From: Planctomycetaceae bacterium
Lineage (GTDB): Bacteria; Planctomycetota; Planctomycetia; Planctomycetales; Planctomycetaceae
Direction: 5' to 3'
DNA length: 64,000 bases
NCBI GenBank assembly: GCA_003508595.1
Contig: DNUF01000128.1
Coordinates: 21,069 to 85,068 of the forward strand
Shown here: positions 47,419-57,496 of the stretch, one piece after another
Layout of the letters: each line of letters opens with the position of its first letter
Position numbering within the stretch: position 1 is the first letter of the stretch
Translations under genes and position numbers: made by a program
Notes under the pieces: generated by a model
Told to the model about the DNA's origin: nothing
The model's database searches: none
Seen by the model: only the letters and a program-made list of their open reading frames with translations

Positions 47419-48603
47419 TCATTCAATCACGCGAAATGCGTCGTTCTTCTTGAACACCGTGGGATTGGCCCCGGTTCCAAACTCGATATGGCAATCGACG
47501 AGTTGGCCCCGCGAGGCATCGGCGGGAATTGAGATCTGGCAGGTGACCCGGTTTCCCTCCCGCGTGATATTCTTCGCTTCCCAGGGTCCGACCTGCACCC
47601 ACGACGGTGCTCCTTCCGGAAGCGGCCTGCGGCGCACCTGCGAGGGATCCAGTTCGAACACCACCGTGTGAGTCGCGCCCCGTCGTGCTGTGCCGGGAAC
47701 CACCCGGGCGATCACTGCCGGCAGCCGGCTTTGTCCCTCGGCATTGTTCTGGATTACCCCGGTTCCGGCACGCCGCAATCCCCGTCCGTTGGAGATTTCG
47801 GGGACACCCGCATAGCCTCCGAGGATGTAGGGAAACCGGTTGGGCGTGACATGGTAATGGTAGCCCCGGACGGGATCTTCATGACCATTGCAGACATCGA
47901 GAGCCGGGGGCCCCTCGCCGGTCGCCGTCAGATCGCGGGCCAGTTGCTCCCTCCCTTCATACGGGCCGTAGATCGGGAATCCGTCGAATGCCAGCCCCAG
48001 GACGGGAGAATGCTGTTCCCCATCATCGGGAAACGGCGATTTCACACAACTGGGGTACTTGTGGTAGTGATAGACCCCCCGTTGCTCGGGATGCCCGCAG
48101 CACGAGTCGAGCCAGACTTCGCTGTATCCCTCGACGGCGTTCATTCCCCCCTGCTCGAACGGGTTGAAGAAGACCACGCCGTTGATCGCCATGCCAATCG
48201 GCCCCATGGGCAACCGGGTGATCTCGGCAGCCCGCTTCGGCACGAGGGGAAATCGAAACTCGAAGTCCTGGACCCTGATCGTGTTCGGGTTGCCGGTGTT
48301 CGGGAACACCGCCGTCGGATGATTGGGATATCCCTGGCTGCGCACGATGAGAAACCGCTCATCATGCCGCAACCGCACATTGGGAATTCCATCGTCGTTC
48401 GAGTCTTTCTCGTGGTACGAGAACAGGTCGACGAAGCGGTCGGCATCCTTGTAGTAGTAGACCGGATGGGCCTCCTCACTCACATGCCAGGCTCCAACGA
48501 TCGCAAGCAGATTGGCCGGTTTGTCCTGGGCAACCACCGTTCGCGTGCCGCACCACACGACCACCGCGCCACGGCAGAGAAACTCTCGACGCGACCAATC
48601 CAT
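47419..48603 (-). CDS. YHYH domain protein (Tat-signal, secreted)
   Basis: MDWSRREFLCRG at the N-terminus. Two YHYH boxes (GVYHYHKYP, GYHYHVTP). Confidence 0.8.
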   Translation of the reverse strand: MDWSRREFLCRGAVVVWCGTRTVVAQDKPANLLAIVGAWHVSEEAHPVYYYKDADRFVDLFSYHEKDSNDDGIPNVRLRHDERFLIVRSQGYPNHPTAVFPNTGNPNTIRVQDFEFRFPLVPKRAAEITRLPMGPIGMAINGVVFFNPFEQGGMNAVEGYSEVWLDSCCGHPEQRGVYHYHKYPSCVKSPFPDDGEQHSPVLGLAFDGFPIYGPYEGREQLARDLTATGEGPPALDVCNGHEDPVRGYHYHVTPNRFPYILGGYAGVPEISNGRGLRRAGTGVIQNNAEGQSRLPAVIARVVPGTARRGATHTVVFELDPSQVRRRPLPEGAPSWVQVGPWEAKNITREGNRVTCQISIPADASRGQLVDCHIEFGTGANPTVFKKNDAFRVIE

Positions 48604-48756
48604 GACTACCCCCCTCTGTGCGAACCACGACCGAAACCGCCCCAGTCAAGGAACACCACAGTCGATGGCAGGTAGCGATCGATTTTGGGGAGCAATCCGT
48701 TGCCGCAGGAACGTCTCCGGCCCAAGACCGCAGCCCGGGGATCCACAAGCCCGAAT

Positions 48757-49401
48757 TCAGGCGGCCCGGGGGCTGGCCTGGTCGCGATCGGCGAGTTGCC
48801 GCACGATGAACTCGGCTGCCGCTGGCAGGTCATTCACGATCGCCGTGGGACGGGGCCCTTCACCGGGCCAGTCGCGCTCGGTCTCGGCACCATACCCGGT
48901 CCGTACCAGCAGCGTCGTCGCGCCGATCGCCTGGCCGAGGCCGATGTCGGCCCGCTTGTCTCCCACCACAAAACTCTCGGACAGAGTTCCCCCCAGTTCG
49001 CGAGCCGCCTGCAGGGCCATTCCGGCACGCGGCTTCCGGCAATGGCAGACCGATTGGGGACCATGCGGACAGAAGTAGACCCCATCCAGTTCAATCCCGG
49101 CCTCCCCCAGCAGCTGGTGCAGCCGTTCGTGAACCGCCGCCAGTTGGGCCGGGCTGATCAATCCCCGCGACACGCCCGACTGGTTGGTCACCACGACCAG
49201 GCCCAACCCATGCTCCCGCAAAAGACGCAGGGCGGGAATCACCCCGGGCAACAGTTCCAGCTGGTCGGGATCGGCAAGGTAATGCCGTTCGATATTGAGG
49301 GTTCCATCCCGATCCAGCAGGACCAACCGACGTGTGGACCGACCCTCCTCCACCGGGCTTCCCCCCTCGTTCCGTGGCGAGTGACCGAAGCCGGCGTTCA
49401 T
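48757..49401 (-). CDS. gmhB: HAD-IIIA phosphatase, D,D-heptose 1,7-bisphosphate phosphatase-like
   Basis: LDRDGTLN (HAD motif I), VVTNQSG, the Zn-finger-like CPHGPQSVCHCRKP and GDKRADI. I chose the ATG at 49399-49401, just after the upstream stop. Alternatives are 49413 and the track start at 49440. A HisB-N-type histidinol phosphatase cannot be excluded. Confidence 0.65.
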   Translation of the reverse strand: MNAGFGHSPRNEGGSPVEEGRSTRRLVLLDRDGTLNIERHYLADPDQLELLPGVIPALRLLREHGLGLVVVTNQSGVSRGLISPAQLAAVHERLHQLLGEAGIELDGVYFCPHGPQSVCHCRKPRAGMALQAARELGGTLSESFVVGDKRADIGLGQAIGATTLLVRTGYGAETERDWPGEGPRPTAIVNDLPAAAEFIVRQLADRDQASPRAA

Positions 49402-49402
49402 C

Positions 49403-50956
49403 TCAGGCGGCATCCTTGATCGAATGGGCAGCCTGTTCACGATCTGCCGTCAGCGGGGCGGACCAGCGAATCACGCCGAGTTCGGGGCGTGGCTCCGGCA
49501 GCGGTTCCGGGATGGGCTCGGGGAACACCCGGCACAGGGTCACCAGCAGTTCGCTCAGTTCTGCCGCCGCTGCCGGCATGACCCCCGAACTCGAGTAACC
49601 CCGCAACCGGAACATCGCGAGCCCCCCGTGGTCGCGCCGCAGCGTGGCCGAGGTCTCCCAGGTCATCGCCACCGGGCGAACCTGTTTCGTCGACTGCCAG
49701 CGCAACTGGACCGGCGACTGGCCAGGGGTGACCGGTTCCAGCAGGAACTCGACTTCCTGCACTTCCAGACGCCGTGCCCGGCGAATGATCTTGTGCCAGA
49801 ACCGCAATTCCCCCCGGGCGGTCGACAATTCGAACCGCAACGAGACCAGGCGAATGCGGATCAGCCGCGGAAGCTCGATTCCGATTCGCCAGATCGTCTC
49901 GGCAAACCGGGTCAGCAGCATCGTCTCCTGGAAGCCGAAAATGCGGCCGCCAATCAGAACCCCCAGCAGGATCACGGCACTGACGACAGCGACGAGGTCG
50001 TTCCCCAACATCGTCGCGGCCACGGCCCCCAGGGCGGCGAAGAGAGACATCCCTCCCACGGCCAGCAGGGTTTGCTGCGAAGACAGGCCCCGGTCCCGCA
50101 ATGCGTGATGAATGTGGCCACGGTCACCCTGGCCGATTTTCCGACCGGTCAACTTCCGGCGGACAATCGCCATCGAGGTGTCGATGAGAGGCACAGCCAG
50201 GAGGACCGCCGGCACAACCAGCGTCATTCCGGTCGCCTTCTTGGCCGAGGCCTGCAGTGCCAGGCCCCCAACCAGAAAGCCCAGGGGCAGGCTGCCGCAG
50301 TCTCCCATGAAGATTCGGGCGGGAGGCCAATTGTGCAGCAGGAAACCCGCGAGCGATCCGGCAAGGGCCACCGCCAGGACGAGGGTTTCGGGCTGCCCGT
50401 TCCAACCGGCGAGTCCGCCAGACGCAAGGCAAACGATCATCCCCAGCGTCGCCGCGAGGCCATCCATCCCATCCAGCAGGTTGATGAAGTTGCTGCAGGC
50501 CACCAGCCAGAGCAGGATCAGGCCCGAGGAAATCCAGGGGGACTCGATCGCCCATCCCAGCACCATCACCGGTTCTGCGGGACGTCCCAGGAACACAAAT
50601 GGCGAAATCGAGACGATCTGCCACAGCAACTTGCGGCGGGCCGTCATGCCAAAACGATCGTCCCAAACTCCCACGGCACAAAGGCTCAGGGCAGAACCGA
50701 GCATCCACCAGGTCGGGCGACTGAACCCGGGCAGCAATCCCGTCACCTCTCCCACGCCCCAAGCCGCCAGGATCCCCGCCACGAGGGAGAGACAGATGGC
50801 CAATCCCCCGGTCCGGGGAGTCGGAGCCGCATGGTGTTTTCGTTCCTGATCCGGAAGGTCCAGCACCCCCAGGCGGCGCCCGGTCTCGCCAGCCACGTGC
50901 GTCCACCACCCCGAAAGGGCGAATGTCAGCACGCAGAGACCCAGGCACCACAGCAT
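49403..50956 (-). CDS. MraY/WecA-family polyprenyl-phosphate sugar-phosphate transferase (GT4) with a C-terminal extension
   Basis: About 10 TM segments with NFINLLDGMDGLA and IFMGDCGSLPLGF motifs. The last ~170 aa are soluble and have no motif I recognise. Confidence 0.75.
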   Translation of the reverse strand: MLWCLGLCVLTFALSGWWTHVAGETGRRLGVLDLPDQERKHHAAPTPRTGGLAICLSLVAGILAAWGVGEVTGLLPGFSRPTWWMLGSALSLCAVGVWDDRFGMTARRKLLWQIVSISPFVFLGRPAEPVMVLGWAIESPWISSGLILLWLVACSNFINLLDGMDGLAATLGMIVCLASGGLAGWNGQPETLVLAVALAGSLAGFLLHNWPPARIFMGDCGSLPLGFLVGGLALQASAKKATGMTLVVPAVLLAVPLIDTSMAIVRRKLTGRKIGQGDRGHIHHALRDRGLSSQQTLLAVGGMSLFAALGAVAATMLGNDLVAVVSAVILLGVLIGGRIFGFQETMLLTRFAETIWRIGIELPRLIRIRLVSLRFELSTARGELRFWHKIIRRARRLEVQEVEFLLEPVTPGQSPVQLRWQSTKQVRPVAMTWETSATLRRDHGGLAMFRLRGYSSSGVMPAAAAELSELLVTLCRVFPEPIPEPLPEPRPELGVIRWSAPLTADREQAAHSIKDAA

Positions 50957-51315
50957 CGTCGACTCCTTGACCTTCCTGGCGAATCCCGGTCACGGTGCTG
51001 GAGGGCAACCCCGTGGCAGGCCCGCTTCGGGACACGTCCTTCCTGGAAGTGGGGCCCGAATTTTCGGCGGAAGACTACTTCCGAACCGGCAAACTGGATA
51101 GCCCAATTTGTCACTCGTGTTTTTTTTCCCTTTGACTTCCTGACACCCGATTCGGGGTTTCCTCCCCGACAGTCGATTGATCGACCAAACATTCACTAGA
51201 ATCGAAGTTCCGGTGAACCATTTCCGGCCAGGATCCGTCTGGTCCTGCGATACCTCCCCCCGCGGTCCCCAAGCCGCCTCTTTTTTCCTTCTGGAGCCTG
51301 GCTCGACCAGAGATC

Positions 51316-52392
51316 ATGGGACTGTTTCGACCAAACATTGACCGCATCGAAGGATACATTCCCGGGGAACAGCCCCAGGAAACCGGCTGGATCAAGCTCA
51401 ATACCAACGAAAACCCGTATCCCCCCTCCCCCCGCGTAGTCGAAGCACTCGTGGCCGCCGCCCGCGGTCGACTGAACGTTTATCCCGATCCGGTCGCCAC
51501 CCAGTTTCGCAAGGCGGCGGCACCAATCTTTGGAGTCGATCCCGACTGGATCCTCCCGGCCAACGGCAGCGACGAAAACCTCACGCTCATCCTGCGGTCG
51601 TTCGTCGATTCGCACGAACTGGTCGCCTACCCCTATCCCAGCTACATCCTTTACGAGACCCTGGCCGACATCCAGGGAAGCCGGCACCAGCGCCTGCTGC
51701 TCCGTCCCGACTGGTCCTGGGACCTCGACGCAGCCCGAGCCGTCACCTCCCAGGCCAAGCTGGTCCTCATCCCCAATCCGAACTCTCCGTCGGGCAACCG
51801 CTGGAGCGACGATGAAATTCTCTCCCTCGTCCCCCCGCAGGGAATTCTCGTCCTCGACGAAGCCTACGGCGATTTCGCCGACCAGCCCCATCGGGGCGAA
51901 TTGCTCCGTCGACCGGGGGCCGAACGGATCATCATCACCCGCTCGTTCAGCAAGTCGTTCAGCCTCGCAGGGCTGCGGCTGGGGTTTGCCATCGCCCGCC
52001 CCGAACTGATCTCGGGCATGATCAAGGTCAAGGACAGCTACAACTGCGACACCCTCTCGCTGGCCGGGGGACTCGCCGCCATCTCCGACCTCCCCGCAAT
52101 GGAACACAACGTCGCCGCCGTCCGCCAGACCCGCGCCCGTCTCTCGGCGGGCCTGACACAACTGGGCTTCGATGTCGTCCCCAGCCAGGCCAATTTCGTC
52201 TGGTGCACGCATCCCACCGGCCGGCACAAAGAGATCTACGAAGCTCTCAAGTCCCGCAAGATCCTCGTCCGGTTCATGCGTTTCCCCGACGTCCCCTACG
52301 CTCCCGGCGGGCTTCTCAACGGCCTGCGGATCACCGTCGGCACCGATCCCGAGATCTCCACCCTGCTGCACGAGCTCAAGACCATCGTGTGA
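51316..52392 (+). CDS. hisC: histidinol-phosphate aminotransferase
   Basis: 358 aa. Contains [28 protein letters not shown] and [14 protein letters not shown] (PLP lysine). Confidence 0.9.
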   Translation: MGLFRPNIDRIEGYIPGEQPQETGWIKLNTNENPYPPSPRVVEALVAAARGRLNVYPDPVATQFRKAAAPIFGVDPDWILPANGSDENLTLILRSFVDSHELVAYPYPSYILYETLADIQGSRHQRLLLRPDWSWDLDAARAVTSQAKLVLIPNPNSPSGNRWSDDEILSLVPPQGILVLDEAYGDFADQPHRGELLRRPGAERIIITRSFSKSFSLAGLRLGFAIARPELISGMIKVKDSYNCDTLSLAGGLAAISDLPAMEHNVAAVRQTRARLSAGLTQLGFDVVPSQANFVWCTHPTGRHKEIYEALKSRKILVRFMRFPDVPYAPGGLLNGLRITVGTDPEISTLLHELKTIV

Positions 52393-52475
52393 CAGACGCG
52401 ATCGCCCCCACGGCCTCAAAACGCTGGTCCTGTCGCCAACGGTCGCTGTTTCCTCTTCACCCGGCCCGACTGTTT

Positions 52476-53069
52476 ATGAATCGCACCGCCACCATCCATC
52501 GCAAGACCGCCGAGACCCAGATCGAGTTGACCTTCAATCTCGACGGGACCGGCCAGCATGACATTTCCACCGGGATTGGTTTCTTCGACCACATGCTGAC
52601 CCTCTTCGCCCGTCACGGCCTCTTCGACCTCACGGTCAAGGCGCAGGGAGACCTGCATGTGGATTATCACCACACGGTGGAAGATGTCGGCATCTGCCTG
52701 GGGAAAGCACTGACCCTGGCGGTCGGAGACAAGTCGGGAATCGTCCGCTACGGCAGCCTCGCTCTGCCCATGGAAGAAACCCTCATGACCACCGCCCTCG
52801 ATCTCTCGGGACGAATGTGGCTGGTGATGAAGGTCGAATTCCCCACCGAGAAAATCGGGACCTTCGACACCGAACTGGTCGAGACCTTCTGGCAGGCGTT
52901 CGCGGCCAACGCACTGTGCAACCTGCACTTCGTGCTCCACCACGGCACCAACAGCCACCACATCGCCGAATCGATGTGGAAGGGGACCGCCCGCGCCCTG
53001 CGTCAGGCCACCACCATCGACCCCCGCCAGTCGGGTGTCCCGTCGTCCAAGGGAACCCTGATCGGCTGA
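52476..53069 (+). CDS. hisB: imidazoleglycerol-phosphate dehydratase
   Basis: 197 aa from ATG 52476. Contains [48 protein letters not shown] and PSSKGTL. Confidence 0.9.
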   Translation: MNRTATIHRKTAETQIELTFNLDGTGQHDISTGIGFFDHMLTLFARHGLFDLTVKAQGDLHVDYHHTVEDVGICLGKALTLAVGDKSGIVRYGSLALPMEETLMTTALDLSGRMWLVMKVEFPTEKIGTFDTELVETFWQAFAANALCNLHFVLHHGTNSHHIAESMWKGTARALRQATTIDPRQSGVPSSKGTLIG

Positions 53070-53151
53070 GGGAGCGTGATCTCCCCTGCATGGGCCGTGC
53101 CGGGCGCCGTTTCTGACGGGAGACCACTTCCCGATCTCAGCCCCGACACAA

Positions 53152-54918
53152 TCAGCGCGGGACTTCGAACAGAATCCGCGCATCGACGGCGGGCAGTTGC
53201 AGCCGGTCGGCACGCTCGTCGGCCAGGAAGACCCCAGCCGTCCGGTCGGCATAAACCAGCCGCCAACCGCGGGTCTTCAGCAGCCCCTCGATCGGTCGGC
53301 GTGACGTCCGGGTGTCGAGAATCACGACCGGCAGCTCGGCTCCGCTGGAAGTAAACAACCCCTCCCAGTCGCGCCGGCCCGCGACCATGCTTCCCAGCAC
53401 GCTGTAGAGCATTTCAAAGGTCTTGCGCGAACAGACCTCCAGGCGTCCATCCATCAGCACTGACCGGCCGGGTCCGTTGTGGTACTCGTAGACCGCCGCC
53501 TGCCCCACATGGTTCACCACCGCCAGCTCGGGCATCCCCTCACGGCCGGCAAACCGGGCGGCATCGTGGATAAACCAGTCACGGGCTTCCCCCAGGCCAA
53601 ACGGCTTGTTCCCCTCGGCCATCGTATTCCAGGTGCCGGTGACAATCAGCAGCCCCGCCGCCACCAGCAGTGCCGACAACCCGAATTCGGCCGGCCAGAG
53701 CCCTCGCAGCCCCCCCATGCCGACGAGGGTCGATTGACCGTCTGCGACCGGGGCCGGCGGATTCCGGGCCGACCGGGCCACCCACGCCTCGGCAAAGTTC
53801 GCGCAGGCGATGGTCGTGGCCACCAGGGCAAAGATGTTCGTATTCCGGGCCGCCTCCCAGGCGAGGTGCAGAAAAGCCCCCAACAGCAACAGCCGAAACG
53901 GATGCACCCGCCCCGACTGTCGCCAGGCCACCACCACGCTCGCCACCGCCACGACCGCCACCAGCACTTCGGCCGCAAAATAGGGGTTCGCCAGAGCTCG
54001 CAGTCCATGGGCCATCCAGAAGACCTTCGGCTGCTGAAACTCGCCAATCAACTGCGAATAGAACGCCTGCTCGTGCGTGAACTTGCTGTAGAGGGTCAGG
54101 GGAAACAACGCCCCTTCTTCAAAGTAGGGATTCATCAGCCCCGCCCCCACGGCAAGCAACCCCGCCAGAGCCCGGGTCCGCAGCGTCGCCAGGCTGGCCG
54201 GGGTGATTGGCTCCAATCCCCAGCGACCTCCAGCAAGCAACCGCAGGGCCCAATCGGCCACACCACACCCCGCCACCACCAGCCCCAGCACAAACAGGGC
54301 GTGACAGTTCACCCACACCAGCTGCACCACAGGCAACAGCCACACCAGGCGGGGCTGGCGGTCGAGTCGAAACGCCACCCACAGCCAGATCGCCAGGAAC
54401 AACTGCGACAGCATCTCGGGGCGTTCATACCCCCGCCCGACAATGCAGACGACCGCCGGAATCCAGCACGCCACCCGCCGGGTCACAGGCCACCCCTCTC
54501 CCGTCGCCCGAAACGCGATCAGCACGGCTGCGGTAATCACCACCGCTTTCGCCACGATCACCAACCCCACTCCCCCCACGCGGTACAAGAGGGTGATCAA
54601 CACCTGGAACCCCCAATGCAGGTCGATCCAGGGACGGTCCGAATCGGTGAACGTATACAGGTCGAGCTGGGGAACGCTGCCTTGCTCGAGGATCCATTCC
54701 CCCGTCCGCAGATGCCACCAGAAGTCGGTGTCGTACAGCGGAAAGAGCAGGCCCAGAAATGTCACCAGCCCGAGCAGGGCTGGCAACAACCACCGGCCCA
54801 CCCGAGAGGCGGGAGACTCGAACCGCGGCAAATCAGGTGCGACCGAGCGCTCGACCGTCGCCCCCGAAGGTGACCTGGAATTCGGATCGGTCGTGGGACG
54901 GGAACGCTTGCGGCTCAT
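53152..54918 (-). CDS. large polytopic membrane protein, function unknown (GT-C-like glycosyltransferase fold is only a guess)
   Basis: More than 10 hydrophobic segments, then a ~170 aa C-terminal soluble part. ATG at 54916-54918 (MSRKRSRP); the track starts at a TTG at 54954. Confidence 0.6.
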   Translation of the reverse strand: MSRKRSRPTTDPNSRSPSGATVERSVAPDLPRFESPASRVGRWLLPALLGLVTFLGLLFPLYDTDFWWHLRTGEWILEQGSVPQLDLYTFTDSDRPWIDLHWGFQVLITLLYRVGGVGLVIVAKAVVITAAVLIAFRATGEGWPVTRRVACWIPAVVCIVGRGYERPEMLSQLFLAIWLWVAFRLDRQPRLVWLLPVVQLVWVNCHALFVLGLVVAGCGVADWALRLLAGGRWGLEPITPASLATLRTRALAGLLAVGAGLMNPYFEEGALFPLTLYSKFTHEQAFYSQLIGEFQQPKVFWMAHGLRALANPYFAAEVLVAVVAVASVVVAWRQSGRVHPFRLLLLGAFLHLAWEAARNTNIFALVATTIACANFAEAWVARSARNPPAPVADGQSTLVGMGGLRGLWPAEFGLSALLVAAGLLIVTGTWNTMAEGNKPFGLGEARDWFIHDAARFAGREGMPELAVVNHVGQAAVYEYHNGPGRSVLMDGRLEVCSRKTFEMLYSVLGSMVAGRRDWEGLFTSSGAELPVVILDTRTSRRPIEGLLKTRGWRLVYADRTAGVFLADERADRLQLPAVDARILFEVPR

Positions 54919-55075
54919 TGGGGCTCGGCACAGTGGTCGCCTCGGCAAGTTCAACGCTGCCGTCGCAAGTCTAGCAGATTGTCACTTTCATCCGCAGTCG
55001 CCGCCTTGGGGCCGGGGCCACTTCCCTGCCGGGGGCGCTCACGACAAACAGCCGCAGGCCTCCCACGCCCCCGCC

Positions 55076-56395
55076 TCAGGGGGACGGGCCCTGCTCACGG
55101 GGCAAACGGGACCGCAGGCGTTCCGACAGCTCCTCCACCAGTCCCGGTTGCTGCTGCGCCACGTTGGCCACGTCCCAACGATCATGCGGTTTTTCATACA
55201 GTGACACCACCAGGTCTCCCCCCTCTTCCGCCGGAGGCGTTTCCACATACAGCGCATCCGGGATCCGCAGGGCCAGCGCCCCATCGCCGTCCCCCAGCAA
55301 CAGCCCCTCGTGGATCTGCTCCACCGCCTGGCGAATCAATGGCAGAACCGACCGCCCCTCGACCTGGGTTCCGACCGGCACGGCCAGCCACTCGGCGACG
55401 GTTGGCAAGATGTCGATCGACTGCACGAGGGCCGGCCGCCGCGTACCCGCATGATCGGCATCCCCCGCCACCATGTCGGGCAATCGCACGATGAGGGCCG
55501 TCTGGATCAACTCGTCCCGCAGGGGGGTTGTCCCTTCCAACTCGGCCAGGTCGACCGCCGGTTGCGACTCTCCCGGGAAGAACACCTGCCCGGCCCCCGT
55601 CGTGAAGAGCAGCAGTGTCTGTGACGCATGCCGATCCTGCCCGAGACTCCGCAACAGCCGCCCCAGCCAGCGGTCCAGCAGCGAGGCATACGAGGCATAC
55701 ATCGCCAGTGCAAAGCGGGTCTCTTCGGGAACCCGCGCCTGCTCGGGGGTCAGGTCCTGTTCCTCGGCAAACTCACACAGCTCGTCCTCGGGAAACTCCA
55801 CTTCGGGAGGAAACTCCACCTCGGCCTCGTTCGGGCCGGCCACCGGGCCCGACTGGTCGGGGACCAGCGCGTAATCTTCGAGGTACAGGTCGGCGAAGCC
55901 CTGCGGGGGAAGCCACGGCACCGGAATGCCGCGTGAGCGAATCCACAGCAGCGTCGGGCGCTGGTCGGCTCCGTTGTCTTTGAGCCACTCTTCCGCCCGC
56001 CGCACGAGGTGGGCAATGGGGGTCTCGGTCTCTCGCACATCGAGATCGTCTTCCCCCCGCACCACGTGGACTTCGTCGAAGGGAGGGGCGACCTCGGCAA
56101 TGTGCTCGGCCGATGCCTCGGTGATCAAAACAGTCCGCACCCCCAGTGACTTCAGTCGAGCCAGCTCCCAGGTTTGCGGCCCCCCCGCGTCGGGTGTGGG
56201 GACCTGCGTCCGGCCGGTCCACCAGGCACGAGCCGTCAATTCGGGGGCGACACAGGCGGCGAAGCAGTTGTCGAACACCACCCCTTCGCTGCCCAGTTTC
56301 TGCAGCGCCGGCGTCTCGATCCAGTCGTTGCCGTAACATCCCTGGAAATCGATGTGCCAGTGATCTCCCGAGATCACCACAGCCCGCATCGGCAT
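55076..56395 (-). CDS. sulfatase-like / alkaline-phosphatase-superfamily protein with a degenerate active-site region
   Basis: Start at ATG 56393-56395 (MPMRAVVISGDHWH). The layout is sulfatase-like (GCYGNDWIETPALQKLGSEGVVFDNCFA, then LLFTTG, then SIDILPT). The canonical DD and CxPxR segments read GD and CVAPELTAR. The rest of ORF 55076..57151 overlaps pyrF, so I excluded it. Confidence 0.55.
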   Translation of the reverse strand: MPMRAVVISGDHWHIDFQGCYGNDWIETPALQKLGSEGVVFDNCFAACVAPELTARAWWTGRTQVPTPDAGGPQTWELARLKSLGVRTVLITEASAEHIAEVAPPFDEVHVVRGEDDLDVRETETPIAHLVRRAEEWLKDNGADQRPTLLWIRSRGIPVPWLPPQGFADLYLEDYALVPDQSGPVAGPNEAEVEFPPEVEFPEDELCEFAEEQDLTPEQARVPEETRFALAMYASYASLLDRWLGRLLRSLGQDRHASQTLLLFTTGAGQVFFPGESQPAVDLAELEGTTPLRDELIQTALIVRLPDMVAGDADHAGTRRPALVQSIDILPTVAEWLAVPVGTQVEGRSVLPLIRQAVEQIHEGLLLGDGDGALALRIPDALYVETPPAEEGGDLVVSLYEKPHDRWDVANVAQQQPGLVEELSERLRSRLPREQGPSP

Positions 56396-56442
56396 GAACT
56401 CTCTCTCCGTGGAAAGACTCGAACGGTGGCCGGGGAACCGCG

Positions 56443-57390
56443 TCAGGCGGTTACCTTCCGCGGCCGACAGTGGGGGGCCAGCTCGGCGATCATGTCGTGC
56501 GTCGCGGCCAACACCGCTTCTTCCCAGCGGTCCGCCGGGAAACGTGCCGCATATTCTTTCTTCTCGTGGGCGAAAATGATTCCCCGCGAGCTGTTCACCA
56601 CCGCTCCCACCCCATCGGCCCCAAACCCGGCGGCCACGTCGGCCGCCTTGGCCCCCTGGCTGCCATACCCCGGAATCAGCAACGGGGTATGCGGCATCGC
56701 CTGCCGCAATTCGACCAGTTCGGCGGGATAGGTCGCCCCCACCACCCCTCCCACACAGCCATACGGGTCGGCCCCCCGGGTGGAATCGGCCAGCGCCTCG
56801 ACCAGCCGGGCCACATGCTGGTAGATCGTGGTGTTCGCCGGATCGTGAATATCCTGCAGCGTGCCGGCCCCCGGATTGCTGGTCCGGACCAGAACGTACA
56901 GCCCCCGTCCGTACTTCACGGCGGCGTCGACAAACGGCTGCAGGGTGTCGGCTCCCAGGTAGGGATTGATCGTCAGGGCGTCGACTCCCCCCTGACCGGG
57001 TCCTTCGCCGTCGTCCCCCAGGTAGGCTTGGGCGTACGCTTCCGCGGTACTGCCAATATCGCCCCGCTTGGCATCGCAGATCACCATCAGACCGGCACTG
57101 CGGGCATGCCGCATCACACGCCACAGGGCGGCCACCCCGGGGGGACCACACTCTTCAAAAAAAGCCGCCTGGGGTTTCACCACCGGAACCAGCCCGGCCA
57201 CCACATCGATGATGCGCCGTGAGAATTCTTCAAACCCGCGTGCCTTCTGCTCCCAGGTCCCCCCCCCGGCCGCCGCGGCCCGCTCGCGGATCTCCGCGGG
57301 CAGGTTGTTCCACCGCGGATCGAGTCCGACGCAGACCGGGTTTCCCGTACGGCAGATTGCCGCAGACAGACGGGCAGAGTAACTGGACAT
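56443..57390 (-). CDS. pyrF: orotidine 5'-phosphate decarboxylase, type 2
   Basis: 315 aa from ATG 57388-57390. Contains VCVGLDP, VKPQAAFFE, VICDAKRGDIGST, TINPYLG, LVRTSNPG and LIPGYGSQG. Confidence 0.9.
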   Translation of the reverse strand: MSSYSARLSAAICRTGNPVCVGLDPRWNNLPAEIRERAAAAGGGTWEQKARGFEEFSRRIIDVVAGLVPVVKPQAAFFEECGPPGVAALWRVMRHARSAGLMVICDAKRGDIGSTAEAYAQAYLGDDGEGPGQGGVDALTINPYLGADTLQPFVDAAVKYGRGLYVLVRTSNPGAGTLQDIHDPANTTIYQHVARLVEALADSTRGADPYGCVGGVVGATYPAELVELRQAMPHTPLLIPGYGSQGAKAADVAAGFGADGVGAVVNSSRGIIFAHEKKEYAARFPADRWEEAVLAATHDMIAELAPHCRPRKVTA

Positions 57391-57496
57391 CAGGTTGCAC
57401 CCACTGGCAAAAAAGTCGACGCGACGGGCAGGTCGAGGCTCACGATCCCGAACCACAGACCGCACGCCACAGAAAGCGGCCGGAACGAAATCACTA

